From positions 64,001-128,000 of the forward strand of contig JAVRCJ020000005.1 in NCBI GenBank assembly GCA_034530875.2: 64,000 nt of DNA, given 5' to 3'. The notes beneath the pieces are model-generated. The model saw only the letters and a program-made list of their open reading frames with translations, was not told where the DNA came from and did not search any database. Shown piece after piece: positions 31,001 through 41,025 of this stretch (within the stretch, counting starts at the first letter, position 1; every line of letters begins with the position of its first letter). A program made the position numbers and the translations under genes. This DNA comes from Nostoc sp. DedSLP01 (GTDB lineage: Bacteria; Cyanobacteriota; Cyanobacteriia; Cyanobacteriales; Nostocaceae).

Positions 31001-31225
31001 ACTTCTCTAGCAACCATCGCAGGTACTCTGCCCCTAGCATTGGGAATTGGTGCGGGTTCTGAAGTCCGTCAACCAATGGGAATTGCTATTATGGGCGGTT
31101 TTACAACTTCCACCTTGTTGACACTCGTAGTAGTACCAGTGATATTTAGCTACATTGACAACTTCCAAAATTGGATTCTGAATACACTGCGCTATGGATT
31201 TGGTAAGAAACCACCGATTTCTTGA
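28088..31225 (+). CDS. RND efflux transporter permease (AcrB/AcrD/AcrF family)
   Basis: 1045 aa; GNLVDDAVVEIEN, KNSILLVD, RLRPIIMTS. Confidence 0.95.
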   Translation: MSFNISAWSIKKPVPTIVLFLILTILGWLSFTSLGIDTNPNIDIPTVSVKVTQPGAGPTELESQVTKKIEDAVAGLGNIDSMISKVSDGNSQTTINFVLGTDTDRATNDVRNAIAQIRQDLPQDINDPVVERLDFSGGPIITYAVKSDQRSVEELSNLVDQTISRALLGVPGVAQIQRIGGVDREIRVNLYPDRLESLGITATQVNDQIRAWNINLPGGRAEVGGSEQSIRTLGSAANVENLKTYEIVLPAGGSVPLSSLGTVEDKFGDVRQAAYLNNQPVVAFQVLRSTGSVLVSVEQGVKAAVQQLQKTLPPDVKLDLIFTRANIVRQSYQSTIDELIQASVLAVIVILVFLRDWRATLITAVALPLSMIPTFAVQQALGYTLNNMTLLALALAVGNLVDDAVVEIENMERHMAMGKSAWEAAFDSSDEVGLAVMASSATIIAVFLPVAFMGGIPGQFFQPFGVTVAVSTIFSTLVARMITPMMGAYLLQDKETSDSTQGHQRRGVIKFGNFKFTLPGSNNRSKKATNGRGFQPYRLLLQWALRHRLTTMAIALAFFLASAMLIPLIPKGFVDDGDFGISIVTVELAPGSTLADVNKVVTQATDLIRQNPIVEGVLAAQEINSATLTINLKPREERDISQKQFEEEVRPKFSQIPGARISFQSQSPGDSRKALSIVLRSENPQALIQTADALEKQMRTIPGLVEVSSSASLVKPEILVIPNPQRAADLGVTVQAIARTASLATIGDNDANLAKFNLSDRQIPIRVQIDPEARTDINTIENLQVPTQNGKLVPLIAVADIRFGSGPATINRYDRARQVAVEANLQGISLGQAVEAIDKLPAMQNLPPEVAQQPSGSAKIMRDIFGRFGSALGLAIMSIYAILVLLYNNFLHPLSIMAALPFCLGGVLLALMVAQKPLGLYALIGVVLLLGIVTKNSILLVDYTIINMQEGKNQRQALVEAGVSRLRPIIMTSLATIAGTLPLALGIGAGSEVRQPMGIAIMGGFTTSTLLTLVVVPVIFSYIDNFQNWILNTLRYGFGKKPPIS

Positions 31226-31394
31226 ATCAGGCAGGGACGACATGGAAAGATGAGGGGACAAGGAGAATAATTCCTAACTCAAGAGTCAACACCCGCAACG
31301 CACATATTTGTAATCGTGTAAGGAACTGTAAACTAGAGGATGTAAAGTTTTGAAGCTAGGCCAAATTTTGAATAACTAGGAGTCGATCTGAGGA

Positions 31395-31863
31395 ATGTCT
31401 GACACTCTGTACGATCGCGATTTGCAATTATGGATTGAGCAAACTATTCAACAGCTACAGAATCGTGAATTTGAGGCGTTAGATATCGAGCATTTGGTTG
31501 AGGAGCTAATTGATTTGAGTAAGGCAGAGAAAAATGCCCTCAAAAGCAATTTGACAATCTTGTTGGCGCATTTACTCAAGTTAAGGGGTTCAGCACGATG
31601 TCCTTGATAGTATGAAAGGCAGTTGGTATAGTTCAATCCTTGAACATCGGCAGCGAGTTCTCAATAATTTAGCAGATACTCCTTCTCTAAAAAGTTTTTT
31701 AGTAGAGGCACTGGAAAAAGCCTACCCAGATGCCCGCAAGCTAGCAATTAAGGAAGGTAAGCTGGCGAAATTTGGAGTTCGCATACCACAGGAAAGTGAG
31801 TATCCTACGGTTTGCCCTTTTTCCATTGAGCAGATTCTAGATGAGGATTTTTACGGACTATAA
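31395..31863 (+). pseudogene. DUF29-family gene split by a +1 frameshift
   Basis: LYDRDLQLWIEQT..LDIEHLVEEL..LLAHLLK, then SW..SI.EHR...PSLK...YP..CPFSIEQILDEDF; removing one G from GGGG (31585-31588) restores the frame. Confidence 0.85.
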
Positions 31864-32040
31864 GTTTACCTTTCAATGGATGGACAGGTTGACCGAAAAG
31901 TTCTACAATCTGAACTGATTGCGGTAATTTTACCTATTGCCCAATCCATATAACCATAGTAAAGATTTTCTAGTGATTCCATAAGATTGTGGAAGCACTA
32001 AATTAATATAGGAAAGTCTTGAATAAGGGGCGGCAAACAA

Positions 32041-32163
32041 ATGGATGTAAAGCTGATTCTAGCTGGCTTAACAGTTATTTTTACAATTTCGTGTTTATTC
32101 TTTGGCACGAAAAATGGATTCTATGATTCAGATAACTACCACGGCAATGGTTCCGCACATTGA
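32041..32163 (+). CDS. ndhP: NDH-1 complex small subunit NdhP (not in the ORF track)
   Basis: MDVKLILAGLTVIFTISCLFFGTKNGFYDSDNYHGNGSAH. Confidence 0.9.
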   Translation: MDVKLILAGLTVIFTISCLFFGTKNGFYDSDNYHGNGSAH

Positions 32164-32467
32164 GATGAGTCTGTAGGCGCTGGGACAACTTTTAACAGGG
32201 TAAGTTGGCTAACAGCGCTCGTAACTTTCACACAAAAAACAGGCCAGACACAAAACTCCTTTAGCTCCTAGTTTGATGGCTCTCTCGTTATTCAACTTTT
32301 CCGAACTAGTGCGGGTTCGGTGGAGGCGTCCTCCCCAATCAAAAATCCGTATTCTCAGGGTGTAGGGGCGGATAATAAAACTTACCCCTAAGTCACAAAA
32401 CCAAAATTTTTGTAATTTTTGGCTTTTGGGATATGTCCATGACGATGAGGTTTGAGGGGAGGAGAGC

Positions 32468-34132
32468 ATGAGGGATAATCTATCAGCATCCTCTCGCGTA
32501 GATGCTGGAGAAATGGGTAGTGAATTAGAATGTTTCCCCTATAGTGTCCAGCATTACGATGAGGGTGTGTGTTTATTGGTGAAAATGGGGCCACACCGTA
32601 TTTTGTTGGACTGTGGTTTAGACGATATCTCATCACTGGCAAGAGGGCTTAACAACCCGGTACGTGGAAGTAGTTCGGTACCAGCTGATTTAGTTTTAAT
32701 TAGTCACGCCCACCCAGATCACTCTAGAGGCTTGCTGGCGCTACATCAAGCTTTTCCCAAGTTGCCTATTTATGGTAGCGAAGTAACCAGTAAGTTACTG
32801 CCACTGAATTGGCTAAACCAAGAAAGAGAGAAAATTTCCCAATTTTGTCATGCTTTGCCGTTGCGATCGCCAGTAGAATTCCAAGACGGTCTGGTGGCAG
32901 AATTATTTCCCGCAGGCCATCTACCAGGAGCAGTGGCAATTCTCCTTACTTACACCACCCAACATCGTAGTTACAAACTACTGTATACGGGGGATTTTTT
33001 CTTATCGAACTCCCGGCTGGTAGAAGGTTTGCGTTTAGAGGAACTACGGGGTATAGATTTAGATGTGCTGATCGTTGAAGGCACTTATGGCACATCCCGC
33101 CATCCCCACCGCCGCAACCAAGAAAATCAATTGGCAGAGCGAATTAATCGCGCGATCGCTGAGCATTGGTCTGTAATCCTCCCTACCCCTGCTTTAGGGC
33201 TTGGTCAAGAACTGTTAATGCTCTTGCGTTCTCATCACCACTTCACTGGACGAGATTTAGATATTTGGGTAGACGGTGCCGTGGCCACTGGTTGCGACGC
33301 TTACCTAGAACTCCTACCCCACCTCCCGTCATCAGTACAGAACTTTGCCCGCCATCAACCTTTATTTTGGGACGAACGGGTGCGTCCGCGGGTGCGTCGT
33401 CTGCAACCAGAACAACGCGCCACTGTTGGCAAGTCGCCCTGTATTGTCCTGACTGACTCGATAACTGATTTGCGCCAATATTGTCAACCAGATACCGGCC
33501 CTTGGCTAATCTTGCTCCCGGAAAAAATTGATATAAAAGTTAACAAAAAATATTTAGCTCCCACCACTGTGGAAAGCTATCTCCTAGCTCAACACAGTGA
33601 TGGGCCTGGTACTACCCAGCTAATTCATAATTTGCGACCGCAGCACGTAATTTTTGTCCACGGTTCTCCTGCCTACTTAGCCGACCTCACGAGCTTAGAG
33701 GAATTGCAAAACCGCTATCATATACACTCTCCAGCAGCTCGGACTTTGGTGGAATTGCCCATTGGCGATACATTTTTGCAACCCGCAGCACCAGAAACTA
33801 ATTACGAAGGTGAGCTAACGGAGTTAGGAACAGTAGTTACAATCACCTTACCCGATGCAATCACAGCCGATCCTCGTTGGCAACAGTTTGCTGATACTGG
33901 TTTAGTCGAGGCGCGTTGGCAGGGGGAAGAACTCGTATTAAGAGGATTGTCTCAACGAGAATTGCTCAATCAAAATAGCGATCGCTATACTTGGACAGAT
34001 CTAGAGTGTTGCGGTACTTGCCGACATCAAAGGGGGCAGCGGTGTTGGAACCCAGCTTCCCCATTGTACAATTTTAAAGTCACCTTAGAAGGTTACTGTC
34101 CTGCTTTTGAAAGGTTAAGTGAGGGTCAATAG
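32468..34132 (+). CDS. MBL-fold beta-CASP ribonuclease-like protein with C-terminal Cys cluster
   Basis: ILLDCG, SHAHPDH, AGHLPGA, YTGDF, EGTYG, QHSD, VHG; CxxC..C..C tail. Confidence 0.88.
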   Translation: MRDNLSASSRVDAGEMGSELECFPYSVQHYDEGVCLLVKMGPHRILLDCGLDDISSLARGLNNPVRGSSSVPADLVLISHAHPDHSRGLLALHQAFPKLPIYGSEVTSKLLPLNWLNQEREKISQFCHALPLRSPVEFQDGLVAELFPAGHLPGAVAILLTYTTQHRSYKLLYTGDFFLSNSRLVEGLRLEELRGIDLDVLIVEGTYGTSRHPHRRNQENQLAERINRAIAEHWSVILPTPALGLGQELLMLLRSHHHFTGRDLDIWVDGAVATGCDAYLELLPHLPSSVQNFARHQPLFWDERVRPRVRRLQPEQRATVGKSPCIVLTDSITDLRQYCQPDTGPWLILLPEKIDIKVNKKYLAPTTVESYLLAQHSDGPGTTQLIHNLRPQHVIFVHGSPAYLADLTSLEELQNRYHIHSPAARTLVELPIGDTFLQPAAPETNYEGELTELGTVVTITLPDAITADPRWQQFADTGLVEARWQGEELVLRGLSQRELLNQNSDRYTWTDLECCGTCRHQRGQRCWNPASPLYNFKVTLEGYCPAFERLSEGQ

Positions 34133-34213
34133 TCATCAGTTTTTGATTATTTGCCATTTCTCCGTAATCATTGAGAAATGACTAACGATCGATGACTAAT
34201 GACCAATGACTCT

Positions 34214-34525
34214 TTATTCCGGATTTGAGTCAGTGTAACGATTGCGGATGCGTTCGGCTTCGGGACAATCCTCTGTCAGGAGAGGTTCGACATTGCCGCG
34301 TGGCACTGAAGCCAATTTTTGCGTTACAGCACCGATGCTCTCGAGGCGAACCATTTCTTCCCAAGAACAAATTTCGTCTTCTTCTTCTGTTTCATAGCGT
34401 AGGGTTACTAAATCTCCCTCTATGTCTATGATGCGGGCGCGTTCAATCCAGCGTTGCTGGTCCCGCAAGAAAACACATACCTCCCGCCCGTCGCAACACA
34501 GTTGATAAATCTTGCGGTGTAGCAT
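34214..34525 (-). CDS. Conserved cyanobacterial protein (DUF6679-like)
   Basis: MLHRKIYQLCCDGREV..FLRDQQRWIE..RLESIGAV recognised as a conserved small family. Confidence 0.75.
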   Translation of the reverse strand: MLHRKIYQLCCDGREVCVFLRDQQRWIERARIIDIEGDLVTLRYETEEEDEICSWEEMVRLESIGAVTQKLASVPRGNVEPLLTEDCPEAERIRNRYTDSNPE

Positions 34526-35183
34526 GTACTGCTTCTGCCTTTTTAAACAACGTAGTTAAACCTGTCGAAATCTGGGTTTTACCCAATTACATTACACCCT
34601 AAAGAGGTGAATTCCACGGTTGAGAACAAGTACGCCTCATGACTGAATCTCAAGATTTGCTTGTAGTTATCAAAATCTAGGGAGATTTTGGGTCATCAAC
34701 CAATGGTTGCTGTACTAATGAACTCAATCTCTTTCGAGCTGATTTTAAGAAATGCTTACTTCATAAGAAGTCAAACAAGTCGGGATTTCTCCTTACAAGG
34801 TTAATATTTGCTGGTGAGTTGTTTCTACCATTATGTAATAAAAAATACTGCAAAACAAGCGTTGATTGCGGTTGTTTAATTTGCCTACTTGTAATCATTG
34901 GCATTACTGCGAAGTCCGGGGACTTGGCTTTACTTTTACCCCTGTGTATTTGATCTTAACTCATTCTCTTGCTGACCTTGATGATTTTCAATAACAATAG
35001 CCAAAGAGTTTTGAGTTTTTCAAGTTTTTCCTTGAATACGAGGCTCAGGGCGATGGGAAAATAAAGGAAGCATGGGATATGAAAGCAGGACGCGGGGAGG
35101 CGGAGAGTTGCTTGGTTTCACCTTGTCTCCTAGTCTCTTTATCCCCCTTATTCCCCTCATGTCTCGTGTCTCTAATAGAAGTA

Positions 35184-35402
35184 TCAATAAGATTTATAAG
35201 GTAAGGGTAGTTCCATTAGCACATTGGAAGATGTTGCTTCTCGTTTAATTTGACCTGTGCGGACTGCATCATATAAGGCTGCAAGGGCTGACAAATCTTC
35301 TGACTGGTAGCACTTAGTAGCCAGCATTTGATGCAGTAAGCCTTCAGATTCAACACTAAGATATCCAGTTTGAAAAGCAGATTCAACAATTGTGCGAATC
35401 AT
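35184..35402 (-). CDS. Small conserved cyanobacterial hypothetical protein
   Basis: MIR.IV..A..TGYLSVE.E...ED..AL..L..AV..GQIKRE pattern. Confidence 0.75.
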   Translation of the reverse strand: MIRTIVESAFQTGYLSVESEGLLHQMLATKCYQSEDLSALAALYDAVRTGQIKREATSSNVLMELPLPYKSY

Positions 35403-35487
35403 CTTGATTAAGGCAGAGTAAGCAATTTATTACGTCTAGTGTGGAACATTTCCCTCTACTGCTGATTGATATAGAACATTAATAATA

Positions 35488-35531
35488 TGTGATTATCATT
35501 ACACTATATTTGTGATTTGTATCACAAATAT
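35488..35531. promoter_or_regulatory. Tandem CRP-family binding sites
   Basis: TGTGA-tttgta-TCACA (35511-35526) inside a 26-bp palindrome, plus TGTGA-ttatca-TTACA (35488-35503). Confidence 0.65.
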
Positions 35532-35691
35532 TATTGAATATATAAGCTTTTAGGGATTGGTTAATTAAAATACGTGAATAAATAATTACAAATATATAAG
35601 TATTAATATTTATATATCTATCTTCTAAGAATCTTAAAAAATAATAAAACTTTTAGGCAAGCACTCAAAATAATACTTATAAGCTCTGCAA

Positions 35692-36480
35692 TCAAGCAAA
35701 AAACTGGCGGAAATCCTCATCTTTTTGACTCAGTTGCACCCAGTCTAAGTTTAAGGACTGGAATTTTTGCACCAAGCGATCGCAAGCAGGACGTTCTGTA
35801 GCATAATGTCCAGCGTCAATTAAAATGAGATTGCGGTCGCGGCTTTCTTGAAACTGATGAAATTTGCAGTCAGAAGTCAGGTAAGCTTGGGCGCCAGTTT
35901 TAGTTACTGCTGAGATAAAACTCGCTCCCGAACCACCCAAAACTGCAACGCGTGAAATAGTTTGCTGTAGATCTGCTGTTGGGGAAAAAATTAAATTTGG
36001 GGAAGCAAGTCGGGTTTGAATTACCGCAAGTAATTCATGTAGCGTCATCGATGGCTCTAGCAAACCAACACGACCGTATCCTAATCCTGGCTGTGTGGGT
36101 ACTATGGAAGTAACTTGTTTGAGTTGTAAAATTTGAGCCAAGACATCAGCAGTACCATCCTCTACTTGGTCAAAATTGGTGTGAGCGCTGTAGATACCAA
36201 TATTATGGGTAAAGGATAAGCGTATCATTTCTGCGATCGCTTCACCAGTGCGTAAGGACTTGGGAGGGGTAAAAATTAGCGGATGATGGGCAAAAATTAG
36301 ATTAGCATTTAAGGCGATCGCTTCCTGCATTACTGCTAAAGTTGGTGTCAAACACACCAATACTCGCGCTTTTTCCTGCAACACTCCTGGCTCAATTTGC
36401 CAACCACAATTATCCCAGCTTTCAGACCAAGCAGGATTTGCCCATGCTTCAAACCAATTAATTAAATCAGCAATTTTCAT
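35692..36480 (-). CDS. Nif3-like dinuclear metal centre protein
   Basis: WDNCGWQ, AHHPLIF, HTNFD, GSG, DAGHYATE. Confidence 0.93.
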   Translation of the reverse strand: MKIADLINWFEAWANPAWSESWDNCGWQIEPGVLQEKARVLVCLTPTLAVMQEAIALNANLIFAHHPLIFTPPKSLRTGEAIAEMIRLSFTHNIGIYSAHTNFDQVEDGTADVLAQILQLKQVTSIVPTQPGLGYGRVGLLEPSMTLHELLAVIQTRLASPNLIFSPTADLQQTISRVAVLGGSGASFISAVTKTGAQAYLTSDCKFHQFQESRDRNLILIDAGHYATERPACDRLVQKFQSLNLDWVQLSQKDEDFRQFFA

Positions 36481-36679
36481 AATTAATTTTTAACTAGAAA
36501 GAATTCAAGAGTCAGAATTCACAAATTGAATTTTTAGCTCTCAGTGAATGAATAAACAGTGAAACACTCGCGCCTAATTTAAAATTTTACGGTCTGCAAT
36601 TATTAGCTAGTCTAAATACTCCACTTCGAGTATTACTGAATTCTAAATTCTCTATTCTCTATTCTTGTCTAATTACTGC

Positions 36680-37429
36680 TCAGTGTTTCTGTGGTTGAAT
36701 ATCTAATTTTAACGCCATTTGCTGACGCATTTCTTGAAAAGGTTTATTCCATACAGGGCTAGCATTCCAATTCCACACTGGTACTGGAATCAGTTGTTCC
36801 CGAGCAAGATAGGTTAACAGACGATATTCATCTTCTGGTTCGCGAGAAAAAGTGAAGGGGTTGCGGTAACCTGTATCGCATAGTTTATAACAAGTTGTTT
36901 GACCCTGACGAATACGTTGTGTAATTTCCTTACCTTTAGCTAGTAAGTAATCAAAAAACATTAAGCTAAAAGGCTCTACACTGCCACGATTTTCTGGGTC
37001 TTTTTGTACCCACCTTGCCCAATCAAATCCATACATAAAATCGTGAACGTAACGGAAACGTATTTCTGTATTAATTCCAAACATCTCCGTTAGCCTAACC
37101 ATCTTTTCACCAAAAATTTTTAGATAAGAAATAGCACCTTCATCTGCGACTAAAGCCTGTCTCAGCATACTACTTACCAAGAAATCAAAATCCCAAAAAA
37201 TATTTTTTGGGAAATTTTCTAACTGAGCATCAACTATAGATTCTAAAGTTTCCTGAAGAGTTGTAATGATTTCGATGTCGGTGTTTTGTTCGGCAATCAA
37301 ATTTCCTAATTGTGTAAAACTGGTAATAATTTTTTGTTGTGGATTCAGTGATAAAAGATTAACAGAGTGCTGGGCAAATATTTCATCAATCAGTTGGAAA
37401 TTATGAGTTGGCATTAATTCTTGCTTCAT
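36680..37429 (-). CDS. Hypothetical protein
   Basis: Long ORF with FPKNIFWDFD and FRYVHDFMYGFDWARWV; function not recognised; start uncertain. Confidence 0.7.
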   Translation of the reverse strand: MKQELMPTHNFQLIDEIFAQHSVNLLSLNPQQKIITSFTQLGNLIAEQNTDIEIITTLQETLESIVDAQLENFPKNIFWDFDFLVSSMLRQALVADEGAISYLKIFGEKMVRLTEMFGINTEIRFRYVHDFMYGFDWARWVQKDPENRGSVEPFSLMFFDYLLAKGKEITQRIRQGQTTCYKLCDTGYRNPFTFSREPEDEYRLLTYLAREQLIPVPVWNWNASPVWNKPFQEMRQQMALKLDIQPQKH

Positions 37430-37706
37430 AGTAATTGAAAAAGCCCAGCCAGATAACACTAAATATTAGTTTATATTAAAAAAACTCAAATATTAAAGAA
37501 ATATAAACAAACTTTATTTTTGATTTACAAACTGATACACAGCTTTTTTATCAGCATATATATGATTTACTCCCGATGCAGATTTTTCGTCAATAAGAGA
37601 TGACACCAACGAAGTTTACAATATTTTACCTAAAGCGTAGGCCCTAAGAACAGAGTATTTAAACTCTATAAAGCTAGAGCTTAAACAAATTAAATTTGAG
37701 AAATTA

Positions 37707-38120
37707 CTAACCAGAAATATGGACAACTAATTCCCTTGAATGACTGCGCTGGCGGTGTTCCCAAATATAAATTCCTTGCCAAGTTCCCAGTACTAGATGA
37801 CCGCGATTAATGGGGATATGTTCGGATGTGTGCGTAAGTGCTGTACGGATATGTGCCGGCATATCATCAGTGCCTTCAGCGTCGTGAATGTATTTAGCTG
37901 ATTCTGGTACGAGTTTTGCCATAAAATTAGCTAGATCCACAAGAACATCGGGATCGGCATTTTCTTGGATGACTAAACTAGCTGAAGTGTGGCGTAAAAA
38001 TAAAGTACAAAGGCCAGTTTCCACACCCGACTCTGCAACGATCGCCTCAATTTTATTAGTAATATTGTAAAAAGATTTGCCAGCAGTAGTAACTCTTAAT
38101 AACTTTTGGTAGTGAGTCAT
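37707..38120 (-). CDS. yjbQ: YjbQ/UPF0047 family protein
   Basis: HTSASL..ENADPDV, DDMPAHIR, LGTWQGIY. Confidence 0.92.
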   Translation of the reverse strand: MTHYQKLLRVTTAGKSFYNITNKIEAIVAESGVETGLCTLFLRHTSASLVIQENADPDVLVDLANFMAKLVPESAKYIHDAEGTDDMPAHIRTALTHTSEHIPINRGHLVLGTWQGIYIWEHRQRSHSRELVVHISG

Positions 38121-38288
38121 TTTTAACTGTAATATTGATAACAGTAAAAGCTAGTAACAGTAGGATATTTCAACACTAGAGAAATATCATCTACTTGTTG
38201 CTAGTTCTTATTATAAGTCTGGCTGAACTCAACTAACATCTGCAAAATTTCTTTGTTTATTGTTAGATTTTCATTACCATTATGAATT

Positions 38289-39386
38289 TTACTTGGATTG
38301 TAAATAATTAATTACAGCCTGAGCGATCGCTTCATTACCATCTTTAGAAATAGGTTGAGATTGTTTTGGTGCTTGGGGTAACTCAAAAAGAAAATTCCAA
38401 TTTCCTTCAAAAAACTCGGTTGGGGTGACAATTTGATGTTTATTGTAATTAATTACACCTTCTAATAGATAACTTGCTTCAGCAAAATCTTCTCGAGGAA
38501 TAGTAACAATCGGTACTTCCAATTTTGTAGTTTCAGCAAAAGTACTATAACCAGGTTTAGAAACTACTCGCCCACAAATAGGCATAAAATCTACAGGGCG
38601 ATATTTACGGTCATTAATTTTAATTACATTTGGTAAATCAGGGGCAGAGCGATCGAACGTAATAAATTGCCAGTCTAAAAATTCTTGTAGGTTATTATAG
38701 GGAATTTGCTGTAAACCCAAACCTCCAAAAGTCAATAAAATTGTTTTTTCAACTGGTGCAGTGATTCCCCAAACAGAGCGTAAATCATCAAGTGAGTAAC
38801 GTGGAGAACTGCCTGTTAAGCCTATATCTGTGATATTGTTAAAAGCCTGCATCCTTTCGTGGAAAGGAAGACGAAACAGGCGATCGCACTTTGAATACCA
38901 ATCGCTAATCCAGTCTGCAACTGCTATAAATTCACCTCCCCAATCTCGATATACCAAGTCCCAGCCAAAGTTACTAATCATCCAGCAGGGAATATTTGCA
39001 GCATTAGCAAACCCAGAAGCAAGAAATGGGATATCTCCCAAGATGAGATTGACGCGATTTTGACGGATAAAATTAACTTCTGAGGCAATTAACGAATTTT
39101 GCTGTTTTTTAATCTCCAGCAACTTTTCTAAAGTCGCTGCTTTATCCATTGCTAAACTATCAGCTTGCACCACACCCAAATCAAATGCACGGGGACGATA
39201 GATAAAATCACCTTCTATGTAGCACTCTAACAACCAGCGTGGTGCAGTAGTCACCATAATCAGCAGGACTTCTGGACAGAATTTTTGAATTGTCGCAGCC
39301 ACAGAAGCCATGCGGGTAGCATGACCAAATCCGTGATTAGTGATGGCTAAATATAAAATTGGGCGTTCCATTTTAGAGTTAGTCAT
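38289..39386 (-). CDS. Glycosyltransferase (GT-B fold)
   Basis: HGFGHATR, TFGG, SKPGYSTFAE. Confidence 0.85.
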   Translation of the reverse strand: MTNSKMERPILYLAITNHGFGHATRMASVAATIQKFCPEVLLIMVTTAPRWLLECYIEGDFIYRPRAFDLGVVQADSLAMDKAATLEKLLEIKKQQNSLIASEVNFIRQNRVNLILGDIPFLASGFANAANIPCWMISNFGWDLVYRDWGGEFIAVADWISDWYSKCDRLFRLPFHERMQAFNNITDIGLTGSSPRYSLDDLRSVWGITAPVEKTILLTFGGLGLQQIPYNNLQEFLDWQFITFDRSAPDLPNVIKINDRKYRPVDFMPICGRVVSKPGYSTFAETTKLEVPIVTIPREDFAEASYLLEGVINYNKHQIVTPTEFFEGNWNFLFELPQAPKQSQPISKDGNEAIAQAVINYLQSK

Positions 39387-39414
39387 TAGTCATTAGTTAT
39401 TGGTCTTCTCTTAC

Positions 39415-39475
39415 AAAGTTCCGTTCGCCCTTGGCGTTGCCGCAGGCATCGGAGGAAACCTCCGCTCAGACTTTG
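39415..39475. repeat. Nested SDR-like small dispersed repeat
   Basis: GC-rich cgttcgcccttggcgttgccgcaggcat inside aaagt..cggaggaaacctccg..acttt. Confidence 0.5.
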
Positions 39476-39537
39476 CGCTTAGTTATTAGGAGTTAAAATT
39501 AGAGTTATAACTCCTAATAATCGAAAACTATTAACTT

Positions 39538-40731
39538 TTAGCTAGTTTTACAAAAAGTTTGAACTGCCTCAATTAATTGGTTAATTTCCGATTCTAAAGT
39601 AAAGTAATGGACAGTAGCGCGGATACAGCTAGGGTTGGCAATTGTGCGAGTTAATATTTTTTGTGAGTCTAAAAACTGCACTAATTTGACATGAGCTTCT
39701 GGCTGATTATTTGTCAGTTGAAAAGAGACTATACCGCTTTCTGGCGGGGAAGTCCACAGACATTGAACATCAGCTAAAGCCGTTAACTTTTGCCAGAGGT
39801 ATTCACTGTTGTGACAAATTTGTTCGTAACGTTCTTGTGGAGTTCCCCATTGCTGATGAACGGCGATCGCCTCCCGTAAACCGACATACAAAGGGTAAGC
39901 TATTGTAGACACTTCATATCTTCGCCCATCTGGAAGCCAACCCACAGGTTGAGATTGACTATCTACAACAACGCCATTCAAACCAATAAACGTAGGTCTG
40001 AGGCTTTCTCGTGCTTCTGGTCTGACGTACAAACCGCCTGCGCCAGCAGGGCCGCATAACCATTTGTGACCGGTGAAAGCATAAAAATCTACTCCCAATT
40101 CAGTCAAGTTTAAAGGCAACAAACCAGCAGATTGAGCAGCATCTATTAATAGTGCAGAATGATTATTTCTGCATACTTCAGCAATTTTATCTAAAGGTAA
40201 AACTTGACCTGTATTCCAGAAAACATGACTCAATATTACTAGGCGGGTATTAGGGCGTAAATATTGGGTAATGAGTTTTACAGGGTCACCTTCATTTAAA
40301 GTCGCTTTTAGAGGACAGATAGTCACTTCTACAGAAAATCGTCTGCTGATTTCTTGGGTTGTAGCAATCACGCCTGGGTGTTCGCAATCAGAAAGTAATA
40401 TGTGGTCGCCAGGACGCCATTCGAGACCCCAGATAGCGATATTACAGCCAACAGTCACATTCTGAGTCAGGGTTATTGTATCAGTTGGTATCTGGAACTC
40501 GGAGGCGATCGCTTCTCTTGCAGCTTGTAATTCTGGTTTTAGCCAGCGATAGACCTCACTACCAAAGGGGCCTAGATGCTGAATGTGGGCTTCGGTTTGA
40601 GCGATCGCATCCATCGCCCCAAGAGGCATCGGCCCTTGTCCTCCATAATTAAAATAAGTCTTATTTGCTAAAGCGGGAAATTGCTCTCGATGGCGATGCA
40701 ACCTATTTTGTGTAACAGCACTAGTGGTCAT
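39538..40731 (-). CDS. Class V PLP aminotransferase (cystine lyase/C-DES-like)
   Basis: YFNYGGQGP, EHPG, IDAAQSAG, FTGHKWLCGP. Confidence 0.9.
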   Translation of the reverse strand: MTTSAVTQNRLHRHREQFPALANKTYFNYGGQGPMPLGAMDAIAQTEAHIQHLGPFGSEVYRWLKPELQAAREAIASEFQIPTDTITLTQNVTVGCNIAIWGLEWRPGDHILLSDCEHPGVIATTQEISRRFSVEVTICPLKATLNEGDPVKLITQYLRPNTRLVILSHVFWNTGQVLPLDKIAEVCRNNHSALLIDAAQSAGLLPLNLTELGVDFYAFTGHKWLCGPAGAGGLYVRPEARESLRPTFIGLNGVVVDSQSQPVGWLPDGRRYEVSTIAYPLYVGLREAIAVHQQWGTPQERYEQICHNSEYLWQKLTALADVQCLWTSPPESGIVSFQLTNNQPEAHVKLVQFLDSQKILTRTIANPSCIRATVHYFTLESEINQLIEAVQTFCKTS

Positions 40732-40768
40732 ACTAAATATTGGATTTTGGATTTTGGGTTAGTCATTA

Positions 40769-40910
40769 GGAGCCACTGCGTTGCGGAGGTTCCCCCCCTG
40801 TTGAAGCAAGTGGCGTTCATTGGTCATTAGTTATCGAAACAATCGGGTTTAAACCTCGCCTTTAAAGGTGAAAAGTTTTTGTAATGGGGTATAAATCCTC
40901 GTTACAAAAA
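40769..40910. repeat. SDR-like and MITE-like palindromic repeats
   Basis: gccactgcgttgcggaggttccccccctgttgaagcaagtggc; tttttgtaatggggtataaatcctcgttacaaaaa. Confidence 0.5.
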
Positions 40911-41025
40911 CGGCCTTCTGCCTCCTGCCCCCTGCCTTCGTTATTCCCCGTGTCTCAACCTCCCATTCCATTACTAATTGTTTGAGTTAGTGCCAGAAAA
41001 TGCTAATTGTTGTTAACTTAAAGAA

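Noticed and set aside
34526..35183. 650-bp non-coding gap upstream of the DUF6679-like gene; possible ncRNA or riboswitch
   Set aside because: No recognisable RNA family motif or convincing stable structure by eye
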